Source of the DNA: Candidatus Omnitrophota bacterium
GTDB lineage: Bacteria > Omnitrophota > Gorgyraeia > Gygaellales > Profunditerraquicolaceae
Direction of reading: 5' to 3'
Length of the DNA: 64,000 nucleotides
NCBI GenBank assembly: GCA_041661605.1
Contig: JBAZUE010000001.1
Coordinates: 223,467 to 287,466 of the forward strand
The notes under the pieces were generated by a model. The model made no database searches, was not told where the DNA came from, and worked only from the letters and a program-made list of their open reading frames with translations. Below, in pieces: positions 50,673 through 59,795 of this stretch. The position numbers and the translations under genes are program-made. How positions within the stretch are numbered: the first letter of the stretch is position 1; every line of letters begins with the position of its first letter.

Positions 50673-51719
50673 ATGGAGATTCGTGATTTGCTTTTGATGT
50701 GTATTGATAAGGGTGCGTCAGATCTACATATTACAGAAAATGAACCTCCTATTTTGCGCATCGACGGCAGATTAGTACGAACTGAGTTGGAGAAATTAAA
50801 TAAGCAGGATTTGAAAAAGATGGTTTATGGCGTCCTTTCCAACTCGCAAAAAGAAATATTCGAGCGTGAATTGGAGTTGGATTTCTCGCTTGCGCTTCCT
50901 GAACTGGACCGTTTCCGGGTGAACATCCATACGCAAAAGGGGAGTGTTGAGGCGGCCTTCCGTCGGATCCCGTTAGAAATACCCAGTGTTGAGAAATTAG
51001 GCCTGCCGCAGATAATGATTGATCTGGCGAATAAGCCCAACGGTTTGGTTCTGGTAACCGGTCCTACTGGTATGGGTAAGACCACTACTTTAGCGGCGAT
51101 GATCAACCATATAAACAGCAACCGGGAGTGTTTGATTACTTGTATAGAAGACCCGATTGAATTTATCTTTGCCAATAAAAGGAGTATAGTTAAACAACGC
51201 GAGGTTTATTCGGATACCCATTCTTTTGCCCAGGCCCTGCGCCATGCTCTTCGCCAGGATCCCAATGTTATTGTCGTCGGTGAAATGCGCGATTTAGAAA
51301 CTATCTCGACGGCTTTAACAGCCGCCGAGACCGGGCATCTTGTTTTAGCGACTTTACACACGCCTGACGCTCCGCAGACTGTCGCCAGGATTATCGATGT
51401 TTTTCCTCCTCATCAGCAACAACAGGTTAAAATGCAGCTTTCTGATTGTTTGCAGGGAGTGATTTCGCAGCTGCTTTTACCGCATATTTCCGGTACGGGC
51501 AGGGTTTTATGCACAGAGGTTATGGTAGCTACCCCGGGCATCCGCAATCTTATCCGCGAGCAGGAGATCGAGCAGATACCGACATTGATGCAGACAGGTT
51601 CGCAGCATGGTATGTATACTATGGATAAATCTCTAAAGGCATTACATCAAAAAGGCCTGATCTCTCTGGATATGGCTATGTCTAAAGTTAAAAACAGGGA
51701 AGAATTTAAGCAGCTATAA
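50673..51719 (+). CDS. pilT: PilT-family type IV pilus retraction ATPase
   Basis: 348 aa. ASDLHI, Walker A GPTGMGKTTT, Walker B VIVVGEMRD, ATLHT, and the PilT signature GIRNLIRE. Confidence 0.9.
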   Translation: MEIRDLLLMCIDKGASDLHITENEPPILRIDGRLVRTELEKLNKQDLKKMVYGVLSNSQKEIFERELELDFSLALPELDRFRVNIHTQKGSVEAAFRRIPLEIPSVEKLGLPQIMIDLANKPNGLVLVTGPTGMGKTTTLAAMINHINSNRECLITCIEDPIEFIFANKRSIVKQREVYSDTHSFAQALRHALRQDPNVIVVGEMRDLETISTALTAAETGHLVLATLHTPDAPQTVARIIDVFPPHQQQQVKMQLSDCLQGVISQLLLPHISGTGRVLCTEVMVATPGIRNLIREQEIEQIPTLMQTGSQHGMYTMDKSLKALHQKGLISLDMAMSKVKNREEFKQL

Positions 51720-51727
51720 TTATTCTT

Positions 51728-52228
51728 ATGATTATCTCAGGGAAAAGCGTAAAATTAGGCGACAATATAAACACGGATTTTATTATTTCCGGAAGATATA
51801 AATTTGCGATTACGGATTTATCGGAATTGGCAAAACATATAATGGAGGATATTGATCCGAGTTTTCCTCAAAAGATTACCCGTGGCCAGTCTATTATTGT
51901 TGCCGGGAATAATTTTGGCATGGGCTCAAGCCGGGAACAGGCCCCTTTGGTTATTAAAGAAGCAGGGATTGTGGCGGTTTTGTCCCCTCAGTTTGCGCGT
52001 ATATTCTTCCGTAACAGTTTTAATATCGGCCTGCCGTTGATTGAAACCGACACTTCTAAAATTGATGAATCAGACCAGCTTCAGATCGATTTGGACAATG
52101 GTTTGGTTAAGAACCTAACTAAGGGTATAGACTTAAAGATCAAGCCTTTGCCTAAATTTATGCAGGAGCTTTTGGCTGAAGGCGGGGTAGTTAATTATTA
52201 TAAGAAACATGGAGAGCTGAAGATTTAA
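51728..52228 (+). CDS. Aconitase-family hydro-lyase small subunit (LeuD/HacB type, 166 aa)
   Basis: GDNINTDFIISGRY...GNNFGMGSSREQAP swivel-domain motifs. Confidence 0.88.
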   Translation: MIISGKSVKLGDNINTDFIISGRYKFAITDLSELAKHIMEDIDPSFPQKITRGQSIIVAGNNFGMGSSREQAPLVIKEAGIVAVLSPQFARIFFRNSFNIGLPLIETDTSKIDESDQLQIDLDNGLVKNLTKGIDLKIKPLPKFMQELLAEGGVVNYYKKHGELKI

Positions 52229-53314
52229 ATGTTGCATAAAATAACCCTGATTCCTGGTGATGGTATTGGCCGCGAAGTTTCTCTGGCAGCTGTCAGGTGC
52301 ATTGAAGCTACAGGCGTAAATATTGAATGGGAAGAGGCTCTGGCCGGCTCTGATGCGCTTGAAAAAACCGGAGAACTTCTGCCGCAGAGCGCTTTAGATT
52401 CCATTAAAAGAAATAAGGTCGCCCTCAAAGGCCCCATAACTACTCCGATAGGTACTGGATTCCGTTCGGTAAATGTAGCTATCAGGCAGGCTTTGGAACT
52501 TTTTGCCTGCGTGCGTCCGGCAAAAAGCTATGCCGGGGTAAAAAGCAGGTTTAATGATATTGACCTGGTAATTATCAGGGAGAATAGCGAAGACCTCTAT
52601 ATGGGCATTGAATTTGAGCAGGGAAAACCCGAGACCAAGGCCTTGATCGGCCAGATAAAAAAAGATACAAATAAGGATATCCGCCCGGATTCAGGGATAA
52701 GCATTAAGCCTATATCTAAATTTGCGACACAGCGTATAGCGAGATTTGCTTTTGAATATGCCCTGAAGAACAAGCGTAAAAAAGTTACCTGCGTGCATAA
52801 AGCAAACATTATGAAGTTTACCGACGGGCTATTTTTGAAGGTATGCAGGGAAGTTGCCCAGGAGTTTTCCGAAAGGGTATCTTTTGAAGAAGCGATTGTG
52901 GATAATATGTCTATGCAGCTGGTGGTCAAGCCGAATAAATACGATATTTTATTGCTGCCCAATCTTTACGGCGATATTCTTTCTGATCTTTGCGCCGGTT
53001 TGATTGGAGGATTAGGGGTTGCCCCAGGAGCCAACATCGGCACTGATAGCGCGGTTTTTGAAGCCGTGCATGGTTCTGCTCCAAAATACAAAGGGCAAAA
53101 TAAGGTTAATCCTGTGGCTATGATTTTATCAGGCGTCTTGATGTTACATCACATTAAAGAGGATAAGGCGGCAGAAAGCCTGGAAAACGCCGTAAAAGAG
53201 GTTATTGCCGAAGGTAAATCAGTAACATATGATTTAAAATCCGATCCGCTTGATCCAACTGCGGTTGGCACCAAAGAGATGGCGGATGCAATCATTGAAA
53301 AGATCAAACGTTGA
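52229..53314 (+). CDS. Isocitrate/isopropylmalate dehydrogenase family protein (NAD-IDH-like)
   Basis: ITLIPGDGIGREV, LKGPITTPIGTGFRSVNVAIRQ, VRPAKS, IIRENSEDLY and NLYGDILSD motifs. Confidence 0.85.
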   Translation: MLHKITLIPGDGIGREVSLAAVRCIEATGVNIEWEEALAGSDALEKTGELLPQSALDSIKRNKVALKGPITTPIGTGFRSVNVAIRQALELFACVRPAKSYAGVKSRFNDIDLVIIRENSEDLYMGIEFEQGKPETKALIGQIKKDTNKDIRPDSGISIKPISKFATQRIARFAFEYALKNKRKKVTCVHKANIMKFTDGLFLKVCREVAQEFSERVSFEEAIVDNMSMQLVVKPNKYDILLLPNLYGDILSDLCAGLIGGLGVAPGANIGTDSAVFEAVHGSAPKYKGQNKVNPVAMILSGVLMLHHIKEDKAAESLENAVKEVIAEGKSVTYDLKSDPLDPTAVGTKEMADAIIEKIKR

Positions 53315-53333
53315 TTTTTAAGGAAGGCTAAAA

Positions 53334-54254
53334 GTGAAAATTTCCGTTATTGGGGCTGGAAACGTGGGAAGTTTAACTGCGATGCGTATCGCCGGAGATG
53401 GCCTGGGCGATATTATGCTTATAGATGTAGTGAAGGGCCTGGCATGCGGCAAGGCCCTGGATTTGGAGGATGCCCGGCCAATATTGAAATATAACTATAA
53501 TATTAAAGGCAGTGATGATATCAGGCAGGTTAAAGGTTCAGATATTGTGGTAGTTACTGCCGGCCTGGCGCGTAAACCCGGTATGAGCCGGGAAGAGCTC
53601 TTAGCAAAAAATGCCCAGATATTGAAAGATGTATGTTTAAATGTGAAAGATCTGGCCAAAGATGCTATTGTTATCATAGTAACCAATCCTTTGGATATTA
53701 TGACGCTTTATGCTTTAAAAATCACTGGTTTTAAACCTCAAAAGATTTTTGGAATGGGGATTAGTTTGGATACCGCCCGTTTTGCTAATTTAGCAGCCCA
53801 GGAGCTGGGTTTGTTGAGCACAGATATTGAGGCTTTGGTGATTGGCGCCCATGGTGAAGGCATGATGCCTCTGCCCGGTTTTACAAAGGTAAAAGGCGTG
53901 CTGCTTGATGAATTTATGAATGAAGATAAAATTAAGTCTTTGGTCAGCCGCACAGTCGGCAGAGGAGCCGAGATTGTTGCCAACCTTGGTACAGGCAGTG
54001 CGTTTTTCGCTCCTTCGGCGGCAATTGCCGCGATAGTTAAGGCTGTCGTAAAGGATGAAAAACGTATTATTGGTTTATGCAGTTATTTAAATGGAGAATA
54101 TGGCATTAAGGATACCTGTATCGGTGTCCCTTGCCGCCTGGGCAAGAATGGCATAGAAAAGATTATTGAATTAGAACTTTCGCAGGAAGAAAATACCAGA
54201 TTGAATAAATCGGCCATACAGGTGGCTCAGGCAGCAGCGCAATTATTGGCTTAA
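53334..54254 (+). CDS. mdh: Malate dehydrogenase (LDH-like family)
   Basis: MKISVIGAGNVG. GLARKPGMSREELL carries Arg at the MDH-discriminating position. GTG start after AAGGAAGG. Confidence 0.9.
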   Translation: MKISVIGAGNVGSLTAMRIAGDGLGDIMLIDVVKGLACGKALDLEDARPILKYNYNIKGSDDIRQVKGSDIVVVTAGLARKPGMSREELLAKNAQILKDVCLNVKDLAKDAIVIIVTNPLDIMTLYALKITGFKPQKIFGMGISLDTARFANLAAQELGLLSTDIEALVIGAHGEGMMPLPGFTKVKGVLLDEFMNEDKIKSLVSRTVGRGAEIVANLGTGSAFFAPSAAIAAIVKAVVKDEKRIIGLCSYLNGEYGIKDTCIGVPCRLGKNGIEKIIELELSQEENTRLNKSAIQVAQAAAQLLA

Positions 54255-54257
54255 TCC

Positions 54258-55550
54258 ATGCCTATGTATGATCTAGTTGTTATTGGTGCAGGTTGGGCAG
54301 GTTTTAACGCTGCTTTAAGGGCAAGAGAGTCAGGTTTTAAGGTTTGTCTTGTTGAATGTAATAAAATCGGAGGAACCTGCCTTAATCAGGGCTGCATACC
54401 TACCAAAGCTTTAATCGCTTGCGCAAAAACATATTCACTCATCAAAAAATCATCAGGCTTTGGCGTCGAGTCGGATAATCCCCGTTTTAACTTTAGTAAA
54501 ATCCAGGAAAGAAAAGATAACCTTGTCCGTGTTCTTACGCAAGGAATGCAAAGCAGGCTTTCCGGAATTGATTTCATTCAATCAAGGGCACAGATTATTT
54601 CACCCCATGAAATAAAAGTTGACGGCCGCCTAATTTCTGCAAAATTCATGCTTATTTCTACCGGAAGCCGGCCTGTTGAATTACCCCAGTTAAAATTTGA
54701 TGCTGTTAGAATAATTTCCAGTGAAGGGGCCCTTTCCCTAACGTCGCTTCCGCGTTCTTTGTTGATTGTCGGCGGGGGGGTAATTGGCTGTGAATTTGCC
54801 AGTTTATTTGCAGCTTTAGGGGTTGAGGTTTCAATGGCGGAGAAGCTGCCGTTACTTTTGCCCGGGGAGGACAGTGAAATATCAAGAAAAATCGAGGTAA
54901 CCTTTAAGAAAAAAGGAATAAAAGTTTATACTAACTCAGACATATCGGGCCTTGATTTGAATATTTACGAGAAAATCCTGGTTTGTGTGGGAAGAGAGCC
55001 TGATATTTCCGGATTAGGTTTGGAAAATTTAGGGATAAAACTAGATAAGAAAGCTATAGCTGTTGATGATTGCCTCAGGACCAGTCTAACAAATATATAT
55101 GCGGCAGGAGATTGCGCGTCTAAAATTATGCTCGCCCATTATGCGGCTTATCAAGGGGTGGCAGCGGTTGATAATATGATTTCAGGTAATAAAAATAAAG
55201 CGGATAATTCTGTTGTGCCTGCTTGCGTATTTTGTGATCCTGAAATTTCCAGCGTTGGCTTAAGTGAAGAAAGAGCCCGTGCCGCTGGTTTTGCGGTTAA
55301 AGTAAATAAATTTGATTTCCGCGCTTCGGCAATGGCGCGTATTATTGAGGAGTATGAAGGTTTTATCAAGGTTGTTTCTAAACAGGATACCGAAGAAGTA
55401 ATCGGAGGATGTATAATCGGCCCGAAAGCTACGGAGCTTATCGCTATTTTGACTATGGCTGTTTCGCTGCATTTGAAAGTAAGCCAGATTCGCTCGGTTA
55501 TCTTCGCGCATCCAACGCTTTCAGAATCTTTGCGTGAAAGCATGTCCTAA
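54258..55550 (+). CDS. lpdA: Dihydrolipoyl dehydrogenase-like flavoprotein disulfide reductase (E3)
   Basis: DLVVIGAGWAG (FAD), GGTCLNQGCIPTK (redox disulfide), GGGVIGCEFA (NAD), and a C-terminal FAHPTLSE motif. Confidence 0.85.
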   Translation: MPMYDLVVIGAGWAGFNAALRARESGFKVCLVECNKIGGTCLNQGCIPTKALIACAKTYSLIKKSSGFGVESDNPRFNFSKIQERKDNLVRVLTQGMQSRLSGIDFIQSRAQIISPHEIKVDGRLISAKFMLISTGSRPVELPQLKFDAVRIISSEGALSLTSLPRSLLIVGGGVIGCEFASLFAALGVEVSMAEKLPLLLPGEDSEISRKIEVTFKKKGIKVYTNSDISGLDLNIYEKILVCVGREPDISGLGLENLGIKLDKKAIAVDDCLRTSLTNIYAAGDCASKIMLAHYAAYQGVAAVDNMISGNKNKADNSVVPACVFCDPEISSVGLSEERARAAGFAVKVNKFDFRASAMARIIEEYEGFIKVVSKQDTEEVIGGCIIGPKATELIAILTMAVSLHLKVSQIRSVIFAHPTLSESLRESMS

Positions 55551-55575
55551 CACCCGACGCTATAGGAGGAATAAT

Positions 55576-55812
55576 ATGATAAAAGTTGTTTTGCCGGAAT
55601 TAGGCGAGGGGATCACTAAGGCGACTGTTTCGTATTGGTTTGCCAAGGACGGGGAAAGGATAAAAGAGAAGGATGACCTGGTTGAATTGACCACTGATAA
55701 AGCCACCTTTAATTTGCCCAGTCCCTGCACAGGCGTAATCTCTGAAATAATGTATAGCGAGGGAGTTACTGTGGAAGTTGGCCAGATCCTGGCGATTATC
55801 AATGAAGAGTAA
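55576..55812 (+). CDS. Free-standing lipoyl/biotinyl-attachment domain protein (78 aa)
   Basis: MIKVVLPELGEGITKATVSYWF...LVELTTDKATFNLPSP resembles an E2 lipoyl domain with the TDKA lysine. AGGAGGA Shine-Dalgarno at 55564-55570. The ORF-track start at 55534 is unlikely. Confidence 0.8.
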   Translation: MIKVVLPELGEGITKATVSYWFAKDGERIKEKDDLVELTTDKATFNLPSPCTGVISEIMYSEGVTVEVGQILAIINEE

Positions 55813-55833
55813 GCCCCGAGTCCCGAGCCTATC

Positions 55834-55862
55834 TTGACAACCTTCGTTTTTTCTAGTATAAG
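55834..55862 (+). promoter_or_regulatory. Candidate sigma70-type promoter (TTGACA, 17 nt spacer, TATAAG)
   Basis: TTGACA at 55834-55839, a 17-nt spacer, and TATAAG at 55857-55862, about 100 nt upstream of the HD-GYP gene. Confidence 0.6.
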
Positions 55863-55906
55863 TATATCTAACTGATGTATTCGTAAGTCAAGTGTTCATT
55901 GAATTC

Positions 55907-55949
55907 GGCTAAACAACTTATGTTCGCTGTCGCTCCATAAGTTGCGGCC
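55907..55949 (+). repeat. Stem-loop repeat, copy D (GGCTAAACAACTTATG-N13-CATAAGTTGCGGCC)
   Basis: 9-bp stem 55914-55922/55936-55944. Ends 16 nt before ATG 55966. Shares the 3' flank TCATTAAAtTT with copy C. Confidence 0.85.
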
Positions 55950-55965
55950 TCATTAAATTTAAAAT

Positions 55966-57132
55966 ATGGCGATTGATTATAAGAAAGAACTCCAAAACGC
56001 AGCCAATAACATGATCTTTGTGCACGATCCTGATCTTTTAATTAAGATGATGGTGCGCATGATGGTCAATAAGGCCAAGATTGCCCATGCAAGTTTCTTT
56101 TTACATGATAAAAGAAAAGAAAGTTACCTGCTTACTGTTTCAAAAGGTTCATTAGGCAAGAAGTTGCCCTTAGATCTGGTACGAATTGATAAAGATGATG
56201 TCTTAATCCGTTTTTTCAGGTCCCGTATGAACCGCTCTTTATTTGGCAAGGAGGTGTTGCTCCATAGCGAAGCAAAATCCGCGCTGAAGAATTCCAAAAT
56301 AAAACAGGAGATCAGGCAGCAGTTGAGCCATGTTTTGTACCAGATGGAACTTTTGGAATCCCTGGTTTGCATCCCCAGCTATTTTCGTGATGAATTGCTG
56401 GGGATTTTATTATTAGGAAAGAAGAATAGCGGCAGGGATTTTATAGATGAAGAATTGGATTTTTTTGTCGCCCTTAATTCTAATGTGGCAATGGCCGTCA
56501 GGAATGCCCAGTTATTCAGGGAGTTAGGTCTTGAGTTAGACCGTAAACATCAGTTGTTTGTGCGTACAACCATTGCTTTGGCCGCAGCTATTGAAGCGAA
56601 GGATAACTATACCCATGGGCATACTACCCGCGTAACTAATTTAAGCCTTGAAATTGCCCGCAGGATTGGCCAGAAAGATGAGAAAGATTTTGACGCTAAA
56701 TTCTTAGAGAATTTGCATATTGCCAGCCTCCTGCATGATATCGGCAAGATCGGCGTACCGGAGCACATCTTAAACAAAAGAAATGAGCTTACTGTGGGTG
56801 AGCGTAATCGCATTAAAGAGCACCCCATGATCGGGGTGAATATCCTTAAACCGATTAAGGAATTGGAAGGCTCGATGCTGGGAGTCAGGAGCCACCATGA
56901 ACGCTTTGACGGAAAAGGTTATCCCGATGGCTTAAAAGGAGAGCAGATCCCCCTGATCGCCTCTATAATTTCAGTAGCGGATTCTTTTGATGCTATGAGC
57001 ACTGATCGGCCATACCGGCTGGCCCTGCCTAAAGATAAGGTTATTGATGAGATCAAGCATTTAAGCGGCCGGCAATTTTGTCCCCGCATTACCGATTCTT
57101 TTCTGGAGCTCTGCAAGGAAGGCAAGATTTAA
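55966..57132 (+). CDS. HD-GYP domain protein (likely c-di-GMP phosphodiesterase) with an N-terminal GAF-like sensor region
   Basis: HGHTTRV, LLHDIGKIGVP and HHERFDGKGYPDGL motifs. The GAF assignment for roughly the first 190 aa is inferred from length and pattern only. Confidence 0.85.
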   Translation: MAIDYKKELQNAANNMIFVHDPDLLIKMMVRMMVNKAKIAHASFFLHDKRKESYLLTVSKGSLGKKLPLDLVRIDKDDVLIRFFRSRMNRSLFGKEVLLHSEAKSALKNSKIKQEIRQQLSHVLYQMELLESLVCIPSYFRDELLGILLLGKKNSGRDFIDEELDFFVALNSNVAMAVRNAQLFRELGLELDRKHQLFVRTTIALAAAIEAKDNYTHGHTTRVTNLSLEIARRIGQKDEKDFDAKFLENLHIASLLHDIGKIGVPEHILNKRNELTVGERNRIKEHPMIGVNILKPIKELEGSMLGVRSHHERFDGKGYPDGLKGEQIPLIASIISVADSFDAMSTDRPYRLALPKDKVIDEIKHLSGRQFCPRITDSFLELCKEGKI

Positions 57133-57140
57133 TTCTTATT

Positions 57141-58256
57141 ATGCTGCCCAAACGTATAATCTTAATGTATATATCGGAAGTTTCCGGCCATCGCAGCGCC
57201 ACTATGGCTATTGAAAAGGCGCTTAAGGCGCTTTCCCCGGACTGTGAGATTTTAAATATCAATGCTTTTAATTATACCAATCCTATCTCGGAGAAGGTGA
57301 TTAACCGGATTTATATGGAAGTTATCAAGTATACGCCCCAGGTATGGGATTATCTTTATGATAACCCCAGCGTGGTTAAGGGGCTTGAAAAAATCAAAAA
57401 AAGCGTGCATAAATCAAATTCACCAAAACTTAAGAAACTTTTTGATAGCTTCAACCCGGACATGGTAGTTTGCACCCAGGCATTTCCCTGCGGCATGGTC
57501 GCCGATTACAAGAAAGCTTGCGGTTTAAACTTGCCGCTGGTGGCTGTGCTTACGGACTACATACCGCACTCTTACTGGGTTTATGATACAGTGGATTATT
57601 ATATAACCCCTTCGGAAGATGTGTCGGAGCGGCTGGAAAAAAAGGGGGTTGCTCCTGAAAAAATTAAGCCATATGGGATACCTTTTGACCATAAGTTTAA
57701 CCAAAAACTGAATAGTGAGGAGATTTTTCGTAAATTGAACCTGAATCCGCATAAACCTGTAGTATTAATTATGGGGGGAGGACAGGGGCTGGGGCCGATT
57801 AAGACTATAGTTAAATCGCTTGAGAAGGTTAAGCAGGATATCCAGGAATTGATCATTACCGGCACAAATAAAAAGTTACACCGTTCGCTTAAACGTAAAA
57901 TCCGCAGTTACAAGAAGGAGATTCATCTTTTTGGATTTGTGCAGAACATCCATGAATTAATGCATATTTCTAAACTGATTATTTCTAAACCCGGTGGGGT
58001 AACTACCGCTGAAGTATTAAGCGCAAGATTGCCTATGATTATAGTTAAGCCTATCCCGGGACAGGAAATCAATAATACTAACTTTCTTACGCATAAAGGC
58101 GCAGCAGTCAAAGTGGATGATCCTAAAGAAGTATACAGGGTTATTGACGAATTATTAGAAGACAGGGTAAAGTTGGAGAAACTAAGGCAGGCTGCGGCGG
58201 AGATTGCTAAGCCTAATGCGAGCATGGATGTCGCCAGGCTTCTTTTGAGTATATAA
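57141..58256 (+). CDS. Diacylglycerol glycosyltransferase (MGDG-synthase/UgtP-like, GT28)
   Basis: An N-terminal MGDG_synth-like region (ISEVSGHRSATMAIEKAL...YTPQVWDYLY) plus a GT28 C-terminal region (GGGQGLGP, SKPGGVTTAE). ATG 57141 is the likely start. Confidence 0.8.
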   Translation: MLPKRIILMYISEVSGHRSATMAIEKALKALSPDCEILNINAFNYTNPISEKVINRIYMEVIKYTPQVWDYLYDNPSVVKGLEKIKKSVHKSNSPKLKKLFDSFNPDMVVCTQAFPCGMVADYKKACGLNLPLVAVLTDYIPHSYWVYDTVDYYITPSEDVSERLEKKGVAPEKIKPYGIPFDHKFNQKLNSEEIFRKLNLNPHKPVVLIMGGGQGLGPIKTIVKSLEKVKQDIQELIITGTNKKLHRSLKRKIRSYKKEIHLFGFVQNIHELMHISKLIISKPGGVTTAEVLSARLPMIIVKPIPGQEINNTNFLTHKGAAVKVDDPKEVYRVIDELLEDRVKLEKLRQAAAEIAKPNASMDVARLLLSI

Positions 58257-58259
58257 ATC

Positions 58260-59117
58260 GTGTTAAACTATTATTTATACCGCTTCGGCCAATTTATCGC
58301 GCTGATCGCACCGTTAAGATTAGTTTATGCCATTGCAGTTTTTCTGGCTGATCTGCATTATTTTTTTGCCTTCCGCGATAGAAGATTCGTAAAAGCCAAC
58401 CTGAAGATTATTTTCCCGGAAAAAGAAAACAGGCAGTTGCGTAAAATAAGCAGGATGGTCTTTCGAAATTTCGCCAAATACCTGGTGGATTTTTTCCGTT
58501 TTGAAAAACTCAACCGTACTTACATCGACAAGAATATAAAATTAAAGAACCTGCATTATTTTGACCAGGCATTGGCAGCCGGTAAGGGGGTGGTTGTCCT
58601 GACCGCTCATCTGGGTAATTGGGAACTGGGAGGAGTTGTCCTGGCCCAGTTAGGTTACCCGTTCTGGGCAGTAGCTTTGTCGCATAAGAATATTAAAGTT
58701 AACGATTTTTTTGTTTCCCAAAGGGCCAGAAAAGGAGTTAATGTTATCGCTATGGGTAAGGCAATCAGGAGTTGTATCTCGGAGATCAGGAATAACCATA
58801 TGGTTGCTTTAGTAGGAGACCGGGATTTTACCGAGAAGGGGGTTATTATAGATTTCTTTGGCAAACCAACTCGTTTTCCTGAGGGGCCGGCAGCTTTAAG
58901 CCTGATGACCGGGGCCGCTATTGTACCGGGTTTTATGCTTAGGAACCCTGATGACAGTTTTACTTTAAGCATAGAGAAGCCCGTTGAGTTTATACCTACC
59001 GGTGATAAATCAAAAGACCTAGCCAGCCTGGTTAAGGTCTACAAAAATATCTTTGAAGATTATATACGTAGATACCCTGACCAGTGGTATGTCTTCCGTA
59101 GATTTTGGGTTGAATAA
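58260..59117 (+). CDS. LpxL/HtrB-family (lipid A biosynthesis-type) lysophospholipid acyltransferase
   Basis: N-terminal TM segment, AHLGNWELGG (HX4-type acyltransferase motif), VGDRD, PEGPAALS and RRYPDQWYVFRRFW motifs. GTG start. Confidence 0.8.
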   Translation: MLNYYLYRFGQFIALIAPLRLVYAIAVFLADLHYFFAFRDRRFVKANLKIIFPEKENRQLRKISRMVFRNFAKYLVDFFRFEKLNRTYIDKNIKLKNLHYFDQALAAGKGVVVLTAHLGNWELGGVVLAQLGYPFWAVALSHKNIKVNDFFVSQRARKGVNVIAMGKAIRSCISEIRNNHMVALVGDRDFTEKGVIIDFFGKPTRFPEGPAALSLMTGAAIVPGFMLRNPDDSFTLSIEKPVEFIPTGDKSKDLASLVKVYKNIFEDYIRRYPDQWYVFRRFWVE

Positions 59118-59795
59118 ATGCATACCTGTGTAATAATTCCAACTTATAATGAAGCCAAAGCGATTGCCGGCCTGATTGAGCAGATACACAAAATAGGGCT
59201 GAAGGCGATCATAATTGACGATGGCTCAAGTGATGATACCGTAAAGATTTCCCAGGCGTTTGGCGCAGAGGTCTTACGTAATCCGTCGAATACCGGCAAA
59301 GGCGCTTCTTTAATCAAGGGATACGCATTTGCGGTCTCCCAGGGTTTTGACGCGGTAATCAGCATGGATGGGGACGGGCAGCATTCGGCAGACGATATCA
59401 AGAGCTTCATCCAGAAGGCCGAATCTTCGGACTGCGGGATTATCGTCGGTAACCGCATGGCCATGACTAAAAATATGCCGCTTTTGCGTATTGGCGCCAA
59501 TCACTTTATGTCGTGGGTAATTTCAATAATTGCCAAACAGCATATACCGGATACTCAATGCGGATTCCGCCTGGTAAAAAGAGAAGTCCTCCAGAAAATG
59601 GATTTATCTACAACTAAATATGAAACCGAGTCAGAAATCCTGATTAAGGCATCGCGCTTAGGATTTAAGATTGAATCTGTGCCGGTTAAGACTATCTATT
59701 CAGGGCAGAAGAGCCGGATCAATCCTTTCCTTGATACATTGAGATTTACGCGTTTTATAATCTTAGAATCTATCAGGAGCCTTAAATATGGTTGA
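59118..59795 (+). CDS. Family 2 glycosyltransferase (polyprenyl-phosphate glycosyltransferase-like)
   Basis: VIIPTYNEA, IIDDGSSDDT, MDGDGQH and QCGFR motifs. Confidence 0.85.
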   Translation: MHTCVIIPTYNEAKAIAGLIEQIHKIGLKAIIIDDGSSDDTVKISQAFGAEVLRNPSNTGKGASLIKGYAFAVSQGFDAVISMDGDGQHSADDIKSFIQKAESSDCGIIVGNRMAMTKNMPLLRIGANHFMSWVISIIAKQHIPDTQCGFRLVKREVLQKMDLSTTKYETESEILIKASRLGFKIESVPVKTIYSGQKSRINPFLDTLRFTRFIILESIRSLKYG

